A stretch of 64,000 nt of DNA from Macrostomum lignano (GCA_002269645.1 NIVC01000018.1:1-64000); one strand, 5' to 3'. Shown: positions 25,227 to 37,514, numbered from the stretch's first letter. The notes: generated from the letters alone by a model not told the origin. Program-made: numbers and translations.

Positions 25227-25905
25227 TTAAAGCTGGAGCGTGCCAGAACCAGGACTGAGTCTGACCAGGACGGGGCCGTTGGCACGGCCTTATAAAAATG
25301 GCGGGTTGGCGAAGCAAAGGGTGAAATAGTCCCGGCGATTAGCCCTTCTGCCGCTTCAAAGATAAGAGATTGTCTTGGCAAGAGTACCCGGGGTTTAGTT
25401 GGGGGGAGAGGCTCTTTCGGGTTGCCACGGCCGTGGGGGCGGTCATACGACCGGTTTTTTGGCTCTTTCTAACCCGGAGAAGGCACGGGCTTCCCTGATT
25501 GGTTCACTCAACCCCTTCTGGCCCCGGGGAGATTTTGATTTGAGCTTGGAGTAGGTGAGCGCCCCGAAGGCAGGGGGTAGGGCCCGCCCCTTTGCCCGAC
25601 TGGTGTTGCCTGCTTAGCTTGTTGGCCACAGTCACTCTCACTCTAGCTTAGAAACCTTGTGCACATTCGTACACTCCCAATCTGGAACCCAATTTATTAC
25701 TAGTGGCGTAAGAGCCTGTTCAATGGCTGAGGCGCCTTTTACTTATTTTAGTTAGTTAGTCGTCATCAAGTTAGGTTTTGTAGCCTAGAGCCATGCGCCC
25801 ACACAAGGGCATTTTTGAGCAATGAGTACAATGCATATGTACTAGTTATAAAAGTCCTCTTAAAAAGTTGTTTTTATTTTTAGGCCACCATGTTTTTGCA
25901 AATAA

Positions 25906-26032
25906 ATGGTTTATGAATCAGATTAAACATGCCTTTTGAGGGAGTTATTTATATAAATCACGAGGGCCGAAGGCCCGAGGGATTTATGAAAATAACTCCC
26001 GAAGAAGGCATGTTTTATCTCATATAAACCAT
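25906..26032. repeat. ~127-bp imperfect palindrome, candidate left terminus of the second Crypton
   Basis: atggtttat...agattaaacatgcc...gggagttattt...gggcc-GAA-ggccc...aaataactccc...ggcatgttttatct...ataaaccat; loop GAA at 25969-25971. Confidence 0.8.
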
Positions 26033-26332
26033 AGATAAACTCCGGGATAATATTAGATAATACCCCGGAGTTATAATATAATCCTGCAAATACAAAAAAG
26101 AAGTGTCTATGGCCAAAATGCCTACTAACTGAGAGGTGGGGTCGAGGGGGCGATGAGCCCCCGCGGGGGTGTGGGGGCAGAGCCCCCACGTAAACAAACA
26201 CTTATAATTAATTGTCTATGGTCTAAAGTGATGTATGTTCTTAAAAGCTACACGTCGGGAGATCAGGTCTGACTTTCATTTAAGTTTCGACAGTTCATTC
26301 ATTTATTACAGAGTCTATCGAAAGGCTTTTCG

Positions 26333-27722
26333 ATGCGTCGAATTCTTAATCCACTCGTCGACTATTCAAAAGGTTTTATTGGCAACTTCGATCCAAACGT
26401 CCTACCGCTCGATTTCGTAAAGTCACGCGCTGGTGGAGATTTTCAAGATCATCAGTGGCTGGCGACTGAGATGAAAAGATATGAAGAAGAAGTGGAGTTG
26501 GAAGATTTATACGAGATAGAGACGTTTGAGACACCACTGTTGGATGGTGGCGGTCGTTTTGCTATAGTCGACAGTGTTGCCGCGCTGAACGAGTCTGTCC
26601 GTCCAAAATGCACAATCAATCGGAACAACTGGGCCCTGCGAATTTTCCAGGCATGGGTGAGCTCTCGTGTCAGTGAGATCGGCATGAAGCCCATCACCGA
26701 GTTCAGCTGTGAGGAAATCAATACGATTCTCGGTCGCTTCATCCACGAGGTGCGAAAGGTCAACGGCGAGCGTTATCCTAGAGGGTCATTAGTATCGATA
26801 GCCGCTGGACTCAATTCGGCCATTCGAGAGGTCCAGCCGACAGTAGATCTGTTCAAGTCAATGGAACTACGGCCATTCAGGGACTCGTTGGACGCTGCCA
26901 TGAAACTGTCAACCGCCGCTGGTACTTCACTCAACAGTAAGCCAGCTGGGATTTTGTGTTTCTGACGAAGAAAAAATATGGCAGTCTGGAGTCCTCGGCT
27001 TGGATAATCCTGATCAGCTGACCAAGACGCTCTTTTTTCTCAATGGACTCCACTTTGCTCTACGTGGAGGTGAAGAGCATTCGAATCTGATGCTTTCCCA
27101 GATAACAATTGAAATACGCGACAACGAAGAGTGTCTTATTTACCGAGAAGCCTCATCAAAGACCTACCATGGCGGCTTGAATGACAAACGTCGCAAACAA
27201 GTGGAGCGGTTGTACGTCCCTTCTCACGCTAGATCCGTCTGTCATCTACAAGCGTTCAAGACTTATCTAAAGGTGCGTCCCCCAGACGCTACACGATTCT
27301 ACCTCCAATCGGCCAAAAAGTGGGATAGCGGTGCGGCGTGGTATTGTAACAGACCGATTGGCAAAAACTACATGTGCAAAATGATGGCTACGATCACCGA
27401 GGATGCTGGCGTGCCCAAGCTGACAAACCACAGCCTGAGGGAAACATGTGCGACGCGTCTCTTTCAAGCTGGTGTGGACGAGCAGCTTATAATGGAGCGT
27501 ACTGGCCATCGCAGTGTCGACGGCGTACGTGCGTACAAGCGAACATCTACGAACCTAATCAAGTCGTCTAGTCTGGTGGTCGATGGCAGGCCGATTCAAG
27601 AAGCCACGACCTCATCTGGTGCATCTGGAAGTGGTGGCCACAGCTTCGTATTCAACAACTGTTCCGTTGTTCAAAACATTTGTACGATGGGTACCTGTAG
27701 TCGACCTGATGGATTGCTATAA
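26333..27722 (+). mobile_element. Second Crypton-type tyrosine recombinase (DUF3504), one +1 frameshift near 26955
   Basis: N-terminal NNWALRIFQAW...LGRFIHEVRKVNGERYPRGSL; C-terminal VSDEEKIWQSGVLGLDNPDQL, HFALRGGEEH, NHSLRETCATRL, TGHRSVDGVRAYKR. Removing one T from atttt at 26953-26957 joins the two ORFs. Element probably spans ~25906-27976. Confidence 0.85.
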
Positions 27723-28554
27723 ATCGTTAGCTATACGTAACAAACTGAAATAATATGCGAACATACTGGTGAAAACTGTTTTGACCATTGCAATGATCTG
27801 TTAAATTCAATTTTTTATCATATTGCATGTTTAGTGTCTATGGTCAGAATCAACTGACTGAAGAAATATACCGACAAATAAAATCCCGGAAAAACTAAGA
27901 TTATCAAGTCATGTAACATCCCGCGACTTGAAAAAATGTACCGGAAAGTTGCGTTATCTATGGTTTATAAATAGATACTATATTATTCCAACTGTCAAAT
28001 ACGCAAAATACGCTTAACAAAAATAGAAAAAACTTTTATTCCTTTATTGGCTTTAATTTTTATTAAATAAATTTAAATTGTAAGTCTGAAACATACGCAT
28101 AAGTTTATTATTGTAGAAAGACAACATAAGTATATAAAAAATCAGATTGAAAACAAATGCAAATCAGTTAAAAATACGAACAGCACCTTTCTCTCTCTCT
28201 CTTATTGTGGATAAGTCAATGCCAGCACGAAATGCAGCGACGCGTATGAAGATGCTGGATTAAAGATGACGGATGTCCGGCTTGGGTGAACTTCCGTAAC
28301 GGAGCTGCAATGGTAGAAATAGCAGGTACGCGTCTTTTTTGGCGTTAATTGTTCATGACTTCAATTGTTTTTAGAAATGCGAAAATCTGATAGTCTTTTG
28401 AGTGAATTGCATTGCATCTAATAATAATTACATCATTGAAACCTATGATTATACACTTGACAAATTTTACCAATCAATCAGGTTTCCTACAAAACAACTA
28501 CAAAATTTAAAACAACTCCAGCTGCAGCTGGGATGGGACGTGTGTTCTGGATTC

Positions 28555-28880
28555 CGGGGCGGGGGAGACCCAAAGTGGGGGGCGGATTCCAGGGGGTGAA
28601 GAGCCAAATTAAGGGGGGGCGGATTCCGGGGGTGAAGAGCTAAATTAGGGGGGCGGATTCCGGGGGTGAAGAGCTAAATTAGGGGGGCGGATTCCGGGGG
28701 TGAAGAGCTAAATTAGGGGGGCGGATTCCGGGGGTGAAGAGCTAAATTAGGGGGGGGGGCGGATTCCGGGGGTGAAGAGCTAAATTAGGGGGGAGGGGCG
28801 GATTCCGTGGGTGAAGAGCTAAATTAGGGGGGGGGCGGATTCAGGGGGTGAAAAGCCAAATTAGAGGAGGGGGCGGGCGG
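28555..28880 (+). repeat. G-rich ~32-34 bp minisatellite
   Basis: Unit g(5-9)cggattccgggggtgaagagctaaatta, about 8 copies with variable G-run length. Confidence 0.9.
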
Positions 28881-29493
28881 GGAGGCGGATTCCAGGGGTG
28901 GAGATCCAACGCCCAAAGGGAGCGGATTTTGGGGGTTAAAGACCCAAATCGGGACGCAGATTCTGGGGGATGAAAATATGGGGGGGGGGGGCGGCCGCCC
29001 CCTCGCCCCACCCCCGATTGCTGCATTCAGCTTACAGGCCAGACATTTCTCCCCGGTCATTATCATTATCTTTTTCATCCTTGCAACTCGATGAAAGGTT
29101 GTTGCTGCAGCTGGGGCTGACTATAAATAAAAATCACATATAGTATTTTTAGTTGTAACTCTTATAGGATCCTATTGACGCATAATTTCTGCTTGCAAAA
29201 TAAGAATTATAAAATAATTATTTAGAAGTCAGTAACACATTTCTTTGTCTTTAATTGACAGATTGAAAACCTTAGCGGATTGGAAAGGACTACGACGGCA
29301 CCGCAGTGCTATCCAATTCGCTATAATAAGTCAATGCAACTTGTTTATTATTTTTTTATAACACAAATTTCAAGCAAGCACGACTTCTAAACGCACAATA
29401 AATGACGACTTCCTATTCAAGGATTAGGTTGAAAATGCGAATAGACCTGCCCAGCTGAATGGCATAACTGATCTCAATAGAATTTCTAAGAAA

Positions 29494-32400
29494 TCACCGC
29501 CCAGTTCGTGCCCGCTTTTTTGCTCGACTGCCGCCGCCGCCGCCGCCGCCGCCAGTTTCCCGACGCTTTCGACTCTTTGGCGGGCCGGCGCGCCTGTCGA
29601 TGCGGTCGGACCGAACCCGGTCCCAGTGGGCCCGCTTGGCCGCCTTCGCCTGATCGGCCGAGTCGCCTTCCAGCATTTCAGCGAAGCCTTCGGCATCGAT
29701 GTCGACGTCGCCATTTTCCTCGCGGTTGCCGCCGCTGACTTCGTAATCTTCGCCGTCAGAGGACATGCCCAGATCGGACAGCTCCTCATCGTCAAGCATG
29801 TCGATGTCGTCCTCGCCGTCGCTTTCACCGACATCATCGTCGACGCTATCATCGCCGTCCTGTCCAGCCGCCTTCTGTTTGGTCGATTGTTTGGCCGACT
29901 TTTTTCGCCGTTCAGCGTCGGCTCGGCCGAAATCGTCGGCAAAGTCGGCCGCTTCCGCGTCGCCGGACAGGCCCTACGCGTGAGCGAGATATTCAAGATT
30001 GGCCATAATAATTCAATTGGTTTACATACATCTAGAATCGAGCTCCGGACCTCAGTGAACCCCCGTTAGCCAGCTCTATTGTGTTAGAAAATCTGCCGCT
30101 CACCTGCTCGAAGTCCTCCAGGAAGTCGTCGAATTCCTCGTCGCCAACCGAGCTGGCGTCCGAGTCGAAATCGTCCGGTGGCCGGCGGCCCTCGCCGACG
30201 ATGCGCAGGTAGCGGTGCAGGTGCCGCTCCGTCGGCGCCACGCTGGCCTCGTCCGGTATGCGCGCCAGCTCTTCGCGGCTTGGCGCCAATTTGGCGCCAG
30301 CAGCGGACGACGACCGGCGCCTGGGACGAAACCTGGCCGACGGGTCGCCTGGCGGCGGCGCTTTTTTGGGATTCTTGAAGGAGAATCGCTCGAGGAATTT
30401 GGCCAGGGAGAAATCCGCCAGGGGATCGCCGTCGTACACGATTGGCTGCCTGCGGTTCGGTGTGGGTGAGTTTTAGTGTAGAGGCTTGTAGATGGCGATG
30501 ATTCAGGCAGTGAAACCAGAAATGATTCAGGCAGTGAAACTAGAAATGATTCAGGCAGTGACACTAGAAATGATTCAGGCAGTAAAACTAGAAATGATTC
30601 AGGCAGTGAAACCAGAAATGATTCAGGCAGTGAAACTAGAAATGATTCAGGCAGTAAAACTAGAAATGATTCAGGCAGTGAAACCAGAAATGATTCAGGC
30701 AGTGAAACTAGAAATGATTCAGGCAGTGAAACCAGAAATGATTCAGGCAGTAAAACTAGAAATGATTCAGGCAGTGAAACCAGAAATGATTCAGGCAGTA
30801 AAACTAGAAATGATTCAGGCAGTGAAACCAGAAATGATTCAGGCAGTAAAACTAGAAATGATTCAGGCAGTGAAACTAGAAATGATTCAGGCAGTGAAAC
30901 CAGAAATGATTCAGGCAGTAAAACTAGAAATGATTCAGGCAGTGAAACCAGAAATGATTCAGGCAGTGAAACTAGAAATGATTCAGGCAGTGAAACCAGA
31001 AATGATTCAGGCAGTAAAACTAGAAATGATTCAGGCAGTGAAACCAGAAATGATTCAGGCAGTGAAACCAGAAATGATTCAGGTAAACTCCTGGAAGTGA
31101 TTCAGCACAAAAGGCGCTAGTTTTATTGATTTAGCTTGAGGTGAAGAAACAATGCCGACTCTAGAACTATTGCAATTACACTGCATACAAGTGAATGACT
31201 ACAGTGGCTCACTTTGCAATAATCTGGGAGGCGAACAGGCGCACAGACGGATGACAATGGGACAGGTAGTGCGGCAGCTCCCACAGCGGCTCGGCCTCGG
31301 CGCCGCAGAATTCCGGCTGCCGGCTGAGCGGGTCGTAGCTGGCCGCCGCCGCCGCCGCCGCCGCTGCCATAGGGGTGCCGGTGGTGGCGTCGGCGGTGGC
31401 CGGGGCGGCGCCGCCGCTGAGCATGTCGGTGACCAGGCCGGGTCGGTCGCCTTCCAGCTGCCCAATGAGCAGCAGGGAGGCGCAAGCGAATGCAGAGTCT
31501 TGCATAGTGGCCACCTGATGGGGGCGGCAGTAGTGTGCGCGAGTTGTGAAAAGTAGTATGAGTGGAAACATGTGTCAAATGCATAATTTCTCTAAGGAAT
31601 TGAAGGCCGATTATCACAATAGATAAGCATGGGATAGATTAGAAATGAAGGCCTATTATCACAATAGATAAGCATGGGACAGATTAGAATTGAAGGCCGA
31701 TTATCACAATAGATAAGCATGGGACAGATTAGAATTGAAGGCCGATTATCACAATAGATAAGCATGGGATAGATTAGAATTGAAGGCCGATTATCACAAT
31801 AGATAAGCATGGGACAGATTAGAATTGAAGGCCGATTATCACAATAGATAAGCATGGGATAGATTAGAAATGAAGGCCTATTATCACAATAGATAAGCAT
31901 GGGACAGATTAGAATTGAAAGCCGATTATCACAATAGATAAGCATGGGACAGATTAGAATTGAAGGCCGATTATCACAATAGATAAGCATGGGATAGATT
32001 AGAATTGAAGGCCGATTATCAACAGTAGATAAGCATAAAGCATGGGATAGATTAGAATTGAAGGCCGATTATCAACAGTAGATAAGCATCAAGCATGGGA
32101 TAGATTAGAATTGAAGGCCGCTTATCAACAGTAGATAAGCACTAAATAATGATGTACTTTAAGCTGCGTTTCAGTTTTAGATCGAGGCCCATCTCACCTG
32201 CAGGATCCGCCTAACGAACGCGCGCACCCTCGGCAGCCGGCTGTCCCAGCTCAGACTGCGGTACAGCAGGTGCATCAGCATGGCTCGCTTAGCCACTGGC
32301 CCAATGTCCAGCAGCCGCTGGTACAGCGCCCTGTAGAACCTGTCGCTCAAACTAGGATCCCGCTGCACTAGCTGGAACAGCACCAGCAGGCACTGGACTC

Positions 32401-33884
32401 CGACATTAAATCCGGCCAAATGGACGAGGCCAAACAGCAACCTGGCGTGCTCGGACAGTTCGGCCAGTTTGTCCGGGCCGCAGAAGGGCAGAGCTCGATG
32501 CAGTCCGGTCAGCAAGCCGGCAAACAGTCTGCCGGCCACCTCCTGGCGTTTGGCGGCCGCTTTAAAGAAGGCCAGGTAAATCCCGGCCAGGCGGCCGGCC
32601 ACGCCGCCAGCGTTGGTGTCGGCGGCGGTCAGCGGCAGCTGGCACAGCAGGCAGACGGCGTACCGATGCGTCCGAGCCACCCCGGAGTTGACGCCGCGAG
32701 CAGCGGCAGAGTCAGCGTTGCCGCGAAACAGCAGCCGTTCGATTTCGTCAACTAGAGCGGCCTGCGGGCGATTGGTAGGCAATGAGTTCATGTTCTGATC
32801 CTCTTCTGACACTTAGATCTCAAATCCCCACAGTTTCGATCATTAGGCCAGTTCCGCCCCCTACCCTGCCAGTTCCGCCCCCTACCCTGCCAGTTCCGCC
32901 CCCTACCCTGCCAGTTCCGCCCCCTACCCTGCCAGTTCCGCCCCCTACCCTGCCAGTTCCGCCCTATACCCTGCCAGTTCCGCCCCCTACCCTGCCAGTT
33001 CCGCCCCCTACCCTGCCAGTTCCTCCCCTACCCTGCAAATCCCGCCGGCGCCCCACCTTCATCTCCGGCCGCTTAACCGCCAGCAGCCTTAGCCTGTGCA
33101 GCGCGGCGCCGCAGACCCGTCGGCTCGGATCGCCCAATTTGTTAGCCAGACTGGCCATCGCGCGGCTCCGGCAGTCCCGATGCCCGACGGCCAGCTCAGC
33201 GACGGCGGCCACCGCCCGTAGCCGAGCCGCATCGACCGGGTCGCGCAGCAGGCCGTCCAGTCTGTCCAGAAACTGCTGCAGCAGCTGGCCCAGCCGCTCT
33301 TCAAAGTACCAGAGAGCGCGGACGTGACGCGCCGCGTCTCGGCCTTTGCGCGCCAGAACCGGCGCCAGACGGGTGAACGGGCGCCGGTCGAGTGGCACGA
33401 GGCGCCTGCCTGGCGGCAGCAGGTGCTCGAGAAACAGTGACTTGACTGCATCCAGCACGGTGAGAGCGTCGCGTTTAGCTTTAGGCGTCACCATAGCAAC
33501 CAGGGCCTCCAGGTGAGCAAGGCTCTCCAACGGGTGGTCGCGCACCAAGCCGGTCATGACGCCGACCCGGTCGGCCTGGGTGCCGGACTCCAGCACCCGG
33601 ATGGCGAACCGATCGGCGAAGCTGCGCGACGTCTGCATGTCGGAGCGGAAGGCCTTGGCCAGCTGGGCCAGCGCTTCGCCGCCCTTCTTGCGGGCGAACT
33701 CCGTCTTGCCGCCCGGCTCCGACGGCTCGCTGGGCTTCAGCGCCGCCTTAGTCAGCGGGTCGCGGTACCAGCGTGCCGCCGCGTCGGCTGGCGCTGCCGC
33801 TTCGTCACCTGCCGTGGAGGCTGCCAACGGCTTGGCCGGAGCGGCCTTTGTCGATTTTTTCTTGTTGCCGCCGGGTGCCGTCAT
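29494..33884 (-). CDS. CEBPZ: CCAAT/enhancer-binding protein zeta (CBF/NOC1/Mak21), 60S biogenesis factor, ~839 aa
   Basis: Exons 33884-33057, 32761-32198, 31514-31213, 30449-30104, 29973-29494 (2520 nt, phases consistent, all GT-AG). Motifs LWYFEERL, NKLGDP, DEIERLLFR, RFYRALY..LLD, YDPLSRQPEFC, LWEL..HCHPSVRLFA, YDGDPLADFSLAKFLERFSFKNPK, acidic C-terminus. Confidence 0.93.
30495..31085. repeat. 24-bp minisatellite in CEBPZ intron 3
   Basis: atgattcaggcagt(g/a)aaac(c/t)agaa, about 24 copies. Confidence 0.95.
31597..32140. repeat. 45-bp minisatellite in CEBPZ intron 2
   Basis: gaattgaaggccgattatcacaatagataagcatggga(c/t)agatta, about 12 copies. Confidence 0.95.
32846..33035. repeat. 21-bp minisatellite in CEBPZ intron 1
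   Basis: gccagttccgccccctaccct, about 9 copies. Confidence 0.95.
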
Positions 33885-33947
33885 GGAGTGCGAGCATGTG
33901 TTTTGTATTCAATTGGACTTGCTGGTGGCTACGTGAAGTGAGCATTG

Positions 33948-34585
33948 GTGGCCCAGCAACTGAGGATCTGGGAGGCTGGCCCAGCAACTGAGGATCTGGG
34001 AGGCTGGCACAGGAACTGAGGATCTGGGAGGCTGGCACAGGAACTGAGGATCTGGGAGGCTGGCACAAGAACTGAGGATCTGGGAGGCTGGCCCAGCACT
34101 GGTGATCTGGGAGACTGGCCCAGCAACTGGGGATCTGAGAGGCTGGCCCAGCAACTGGTGATCTGGAAGACTGGCCCAGCAACTGGGGATCTGAGAGGCT
34201 GGCCTAGCAACTGAGGATCTGGGAGGCTGGCCCAGCAACTGAGGATCTGGGAGGCTGGCCTAGCAACTGAGGATCTGGGAGACTGGCCCAGCAACTGAGG
34301 ATCTGGGAGGCTGGCCTAGCAACTGAGGATCTGGGAGGCTGGCCCAGTAACTGAGGATCTGGGAGGCTGGCCCAGTAACTGAGGATCTGGGAGGCTGGCC
34401 CAGCAACTGGGGATCTGGGAGGCTGGCCCAGCAACTGGAGATCTGGGAGGCTGGCCTAGCAACTGAGGATCTGGGAGGCTGACCCAGCAACTGAGGATCT
34501 GGGAGGCTGGCCCAGCAACTGAGGATCTGGGAGGCTGGCCCAGTAACTGAGGATCTGGGAGGCTGGCCCAGCAACTGGTGATCTG
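33948..34585. repeat. 28-bp minisatellite immediately upstream of the CEBPZ first coding exon
   Basis: ggaggctggcccagcaactgaggatctg, about 23 copies; the array ends ~20 nt from an acceptor-like AG at 33930-33929. Confidence 0.95.
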
Positions 34586-35904
34586 AGACAGTGACGGTGG
34601 ATGAATCAAGCGCTGTCAATGAGTAATAATGAAAAGAGGCGACACTAGTCAAGCATTAAGTCGGTGATAAATAAGCAGAGCCTACATATACATTAAAACA
34701 GGCAATTTATTTAGTGTAAATAATCAGGCCCTTAAAGTAGTTGCACGGCTGGCACAGCACTATAAACAAGGAATTCTATAGAATAGCGGAAGCCTTGGCC
34801 ACTGGTAAGCAGTTAATGATCATGCATAAATGATTATTATGGCCTGTTGCAGCACAAGCAGGGCGTGTGTAGTGAAATTAATTTTGAAAAGCAATAAGAT
34901 TGGAATGTGAAACAGTGTCGGGTTAGCAGTAGGGAACTGCAATTATAAATAAATAGATGAATTGACAGATAACACATCACATTAGACACGATAAAGTGAG
35001 CCTATTTAGTCAGGCTAGTACAAAAAAGGATTAGTAGTATCAATAGTATCATATATGCAATTAAGCCCCAACATCGTTCGCATTAACTTAACAATTCCGT
35101 GGCACTTTTTTATAAACAATTAAAAATTAATGAATAGGCAAAATATCCATTCATAAGAAGCGATTCTGGAATGCTACGAAAAATTAAAGATGGGAGAACA
35201 CAGAAAAAAAGATTTTTATTTTAGAAATTTCATATGGCACCATCGGAACAGTGGCAGTCTTGTCGTCATGGTAACCGCAATAAAGCGAAACAAGACAAAA
35301 AAAACACTAAGTTCATAAAACAATATCCGGGAAGACAAAAATTATTAGCCAGGAGAAAGTTTTTTTTCAAAATTTCCGCTTAGATAAAAAAGTCCATAAA
35401 AATTTTATTCTACTAAGCTAAATGTATAATTAGTCAATCAGACATTATAATGACAATTAGTGATTGTAAACGTGTATATGTACACAACAGCAATATAATA
35501 ACACGCATAGAACAGAAGGGCAGAGAAAACTGCACTGTTATTTCATTACTTTCTTAATATTTCTTATGTATATTTAGTCCAATACAATAAAACTATTCGC
35601 GAATCAGACTAAGAACCGAATAAACGGATTGCTAATCTAGTTATTCGATTATTTACTAGCACTACAAACAGGACCTACCGTACAAACTCTATCACCTAAA
35701 GTAACAAACACTATTAGAATAACTAGGTGGGATACTCGAAATTAAAGCTGTGAAAAAGTAGTGTGTCCACTCTTTTTTCAGTAGTTTGTCTGCGCAGGGT
35801 CACCTAAATTTAATTGTGGCAGCTAAAATTTCATTTCTTCCTCTGTTTGTGGACCCCTAGGAGCATATGGGGTTAAGAGTAAACAGGCATTACGAGATGC
35901 AAGA

Positions 35905-36302
35905 CGGACGAAACTCTGCCCTGGGGAAGGCAGGCCTAATCTAGCTCAGCCAATGAGAGAGCAGTAAGAAAGAGGTTAAAGTTAGATGGACGAAACTCAG
36001 CCCTGGGAGGGGGGGGGCAGGCCGCCTTATCTAGGCCAGCCAATGAGAGAGCAGTAAGAAAGAGTTCAAAGTTAGACGGACGAAACTCTGCCCTGGGGCC
36101 TGGGGAGGCAGGCCTAATCTAGCTCAGCCAATGAGAGAGCAGTAAGAAAGAGGTTAAAGTTAGATGGACGAAACTCAGCCCTGGGAGGGGGGGGGGGCAG
36201 GCCGCCCTATCTAGGCCAGCCAATGAGAGAGCAGTAAGAAAGAGTTCAAAGTTAGACGGACGAAACTCAGCCCTGGGGGAGGCAGGCCATAATCTAGCTC
36301 AG
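35905..36302. repeat. ~85-90 bp tandem repeat with alternating A/B variants
   Basis: Shared core ga(c/t)ggacgaaactc(t/a)gccctggg...gccaatgagagagcagtaagaaagag; order A-B-A-B-partial A. Confidence 0.85.
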
Positions 36303-36797
36303 CACACGCACTGGATTTGGGTGCAGCTTCAAACATGGTGAAGATGTAAATTTCTGCCTGTAGAAGGCCAGAGGCGATTGTTTTGTTTTCAAAAACTTAA
36401 AAAAATATAGTAAAATGAGTACATTTTAGCTTAAAAACGCTAATTGTACTACTGAAGAAGTACATGTAAGTGAGCGCATTTTTTGCGAGTGACATCATCT
36501 AGTTATTCTACAAGTATTATCTCTTCCTAAACACAATAAAGAAGTTACGAAGGAGCCTTAAACCGATGAAGGCCAGCAGATACTATCGGATCTAGTATTT
36601 ACGTTTGATTTTCCGTTTGATTTCATTTGATCACCATTTAATTCGGTGATGCCATAGACATAGGAGTGGCTTCTGCCTGTAGATCTGTAGATTAAATTGT
36701 TGTAATCTTACTCCCCAATACACCTATTACTTACTCCCCAATGTGATTTTGTATCAGACAAATTGACAAACACGAATGTCAAAGCCGCCACAACAGC

Positions 36798-37514
36798 TTA
36801 AATGACAGTATCCGATGGAGTGTGACTCTTCATGAGCTTCTCCGTAACCGTAGACTTAGCGTGCATAGGAAAAGCGTACTCATTCAGCTGGGTGAGCTCC
36901 CTATCTAGCTTCATCTGCGGCACCAGGAAGCAGCTGGTGAAGAAGCAGAACAGCGCAGCCAGCACGGCCAGGCCGAAGCTCCAGGACGGCCAGTTCAGTG
37001 ACGGCAGCGGCAGCCAGTAAGGGTCCAGGCACTTGGACCCGAAGATGATCACTCCGATGCCAATCAGAGTGCCAATCACGGCGAATAGGTAAGCCAGGCA
37101 CCGGCTGAGCAGGGCCCGCCTCTCGGCATTGTTAATGCAGCCCAGCACGTACAGCAGGCATAAGATGAAGCCGCAGATCAGCAACAGCAGGCTGATGGTG
37201 ATGAAAAACTGAACAAAGCGGAACCAAGGCGGCATCAGGAAGTCTCTAATTGGGTAGAACTCCGGAGCAAATGACCACCAGCAGCCAAAGTAGGAGCGCA
37301 TCTCCGGGTCAAGCCGGTGCACCAGGCCGTCAAGGCAGAACTCCCACAGGCCGAGTCTGTCCACCGGGGTGTGCACCCGCGGCCAGGACTGCAGCCAGAA
37401 TGGCGTCACGAATGACACCAGGGTGCACAGGAGGCTCACAGCTGAGCAGACTAGAGCTGAACGGCCGTAGCCGGACACAATTCGCTTTCTACTGTTATCG
37501 TAGTCGGAGTTCAT
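36798..37514 (-). CDS. Invertebrate claudin / PMP22-family tetraspan protein (pickel/megatrachea-like), intronless CDS, 238 aa
   Basis: Four hydrophobic segments; first loop W-LQSW...LGLWEFC...GCWW; PPWFRFVQ and WPSWSFGLAV motifs; C-terminal ...DTVI is a PDZ-binding-like end. Confidence 0.85.
   Translation of the reverse strand: MNSDYDNSRKRIVSGYGRSALVCSAVSLLCTLVSFVTPFWLQSWPRVHTPVDRLGLWEFCLDGLVHRLDPEMRSYFGCWWSFAPEFYPIRDFLMPPWFRFVQFFITISLLLLICGFILCLLYVLGCINNAERRALLSRCLAYLFAVIGTLIGIGVIIFGSKCLDPYWLPLPSLNWPSWSFGLAVLAALFCFFTSCFLVPQMKLDRELTQLNEYAFPMHAKSTVTEKLMKSHTPSDTVI

Noticed and set aside
22580-25710. Possible solo LTR (TGTAAC start, TATAAAA at ~25291) interrupted by the foldback element
   Set aside because: No clear CA terminus, TSD or second copy in the window; similar weak candidates at 16448 and ~17850 are also unsupported.
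28225-28325. GC-richer island with acceptor- and donor-like sites
   Set aside because: All three plus-strand frames contain stops, and the minus strand lacks a donor; not supportable as a coding exon.
29424-30069. ORFs 29424-29996 (-) and 29626-30069 (+)
   Set aside because: Alternative-frame and antisense shadows of GC-rich CEBPZ exon 5.
30492-31100. Long repetitive ORFs (also 19991-20635, 31592-31990, 33805-34652, 37531-37857, 38636-39238, 39873-40687, 57855-58421, 62455-62757)
   Set aside because: They are translations of stop-free minisatellites or low-complexity DNA, mostly inside introns or spacers of recognisable genes; no independent coding evidence.
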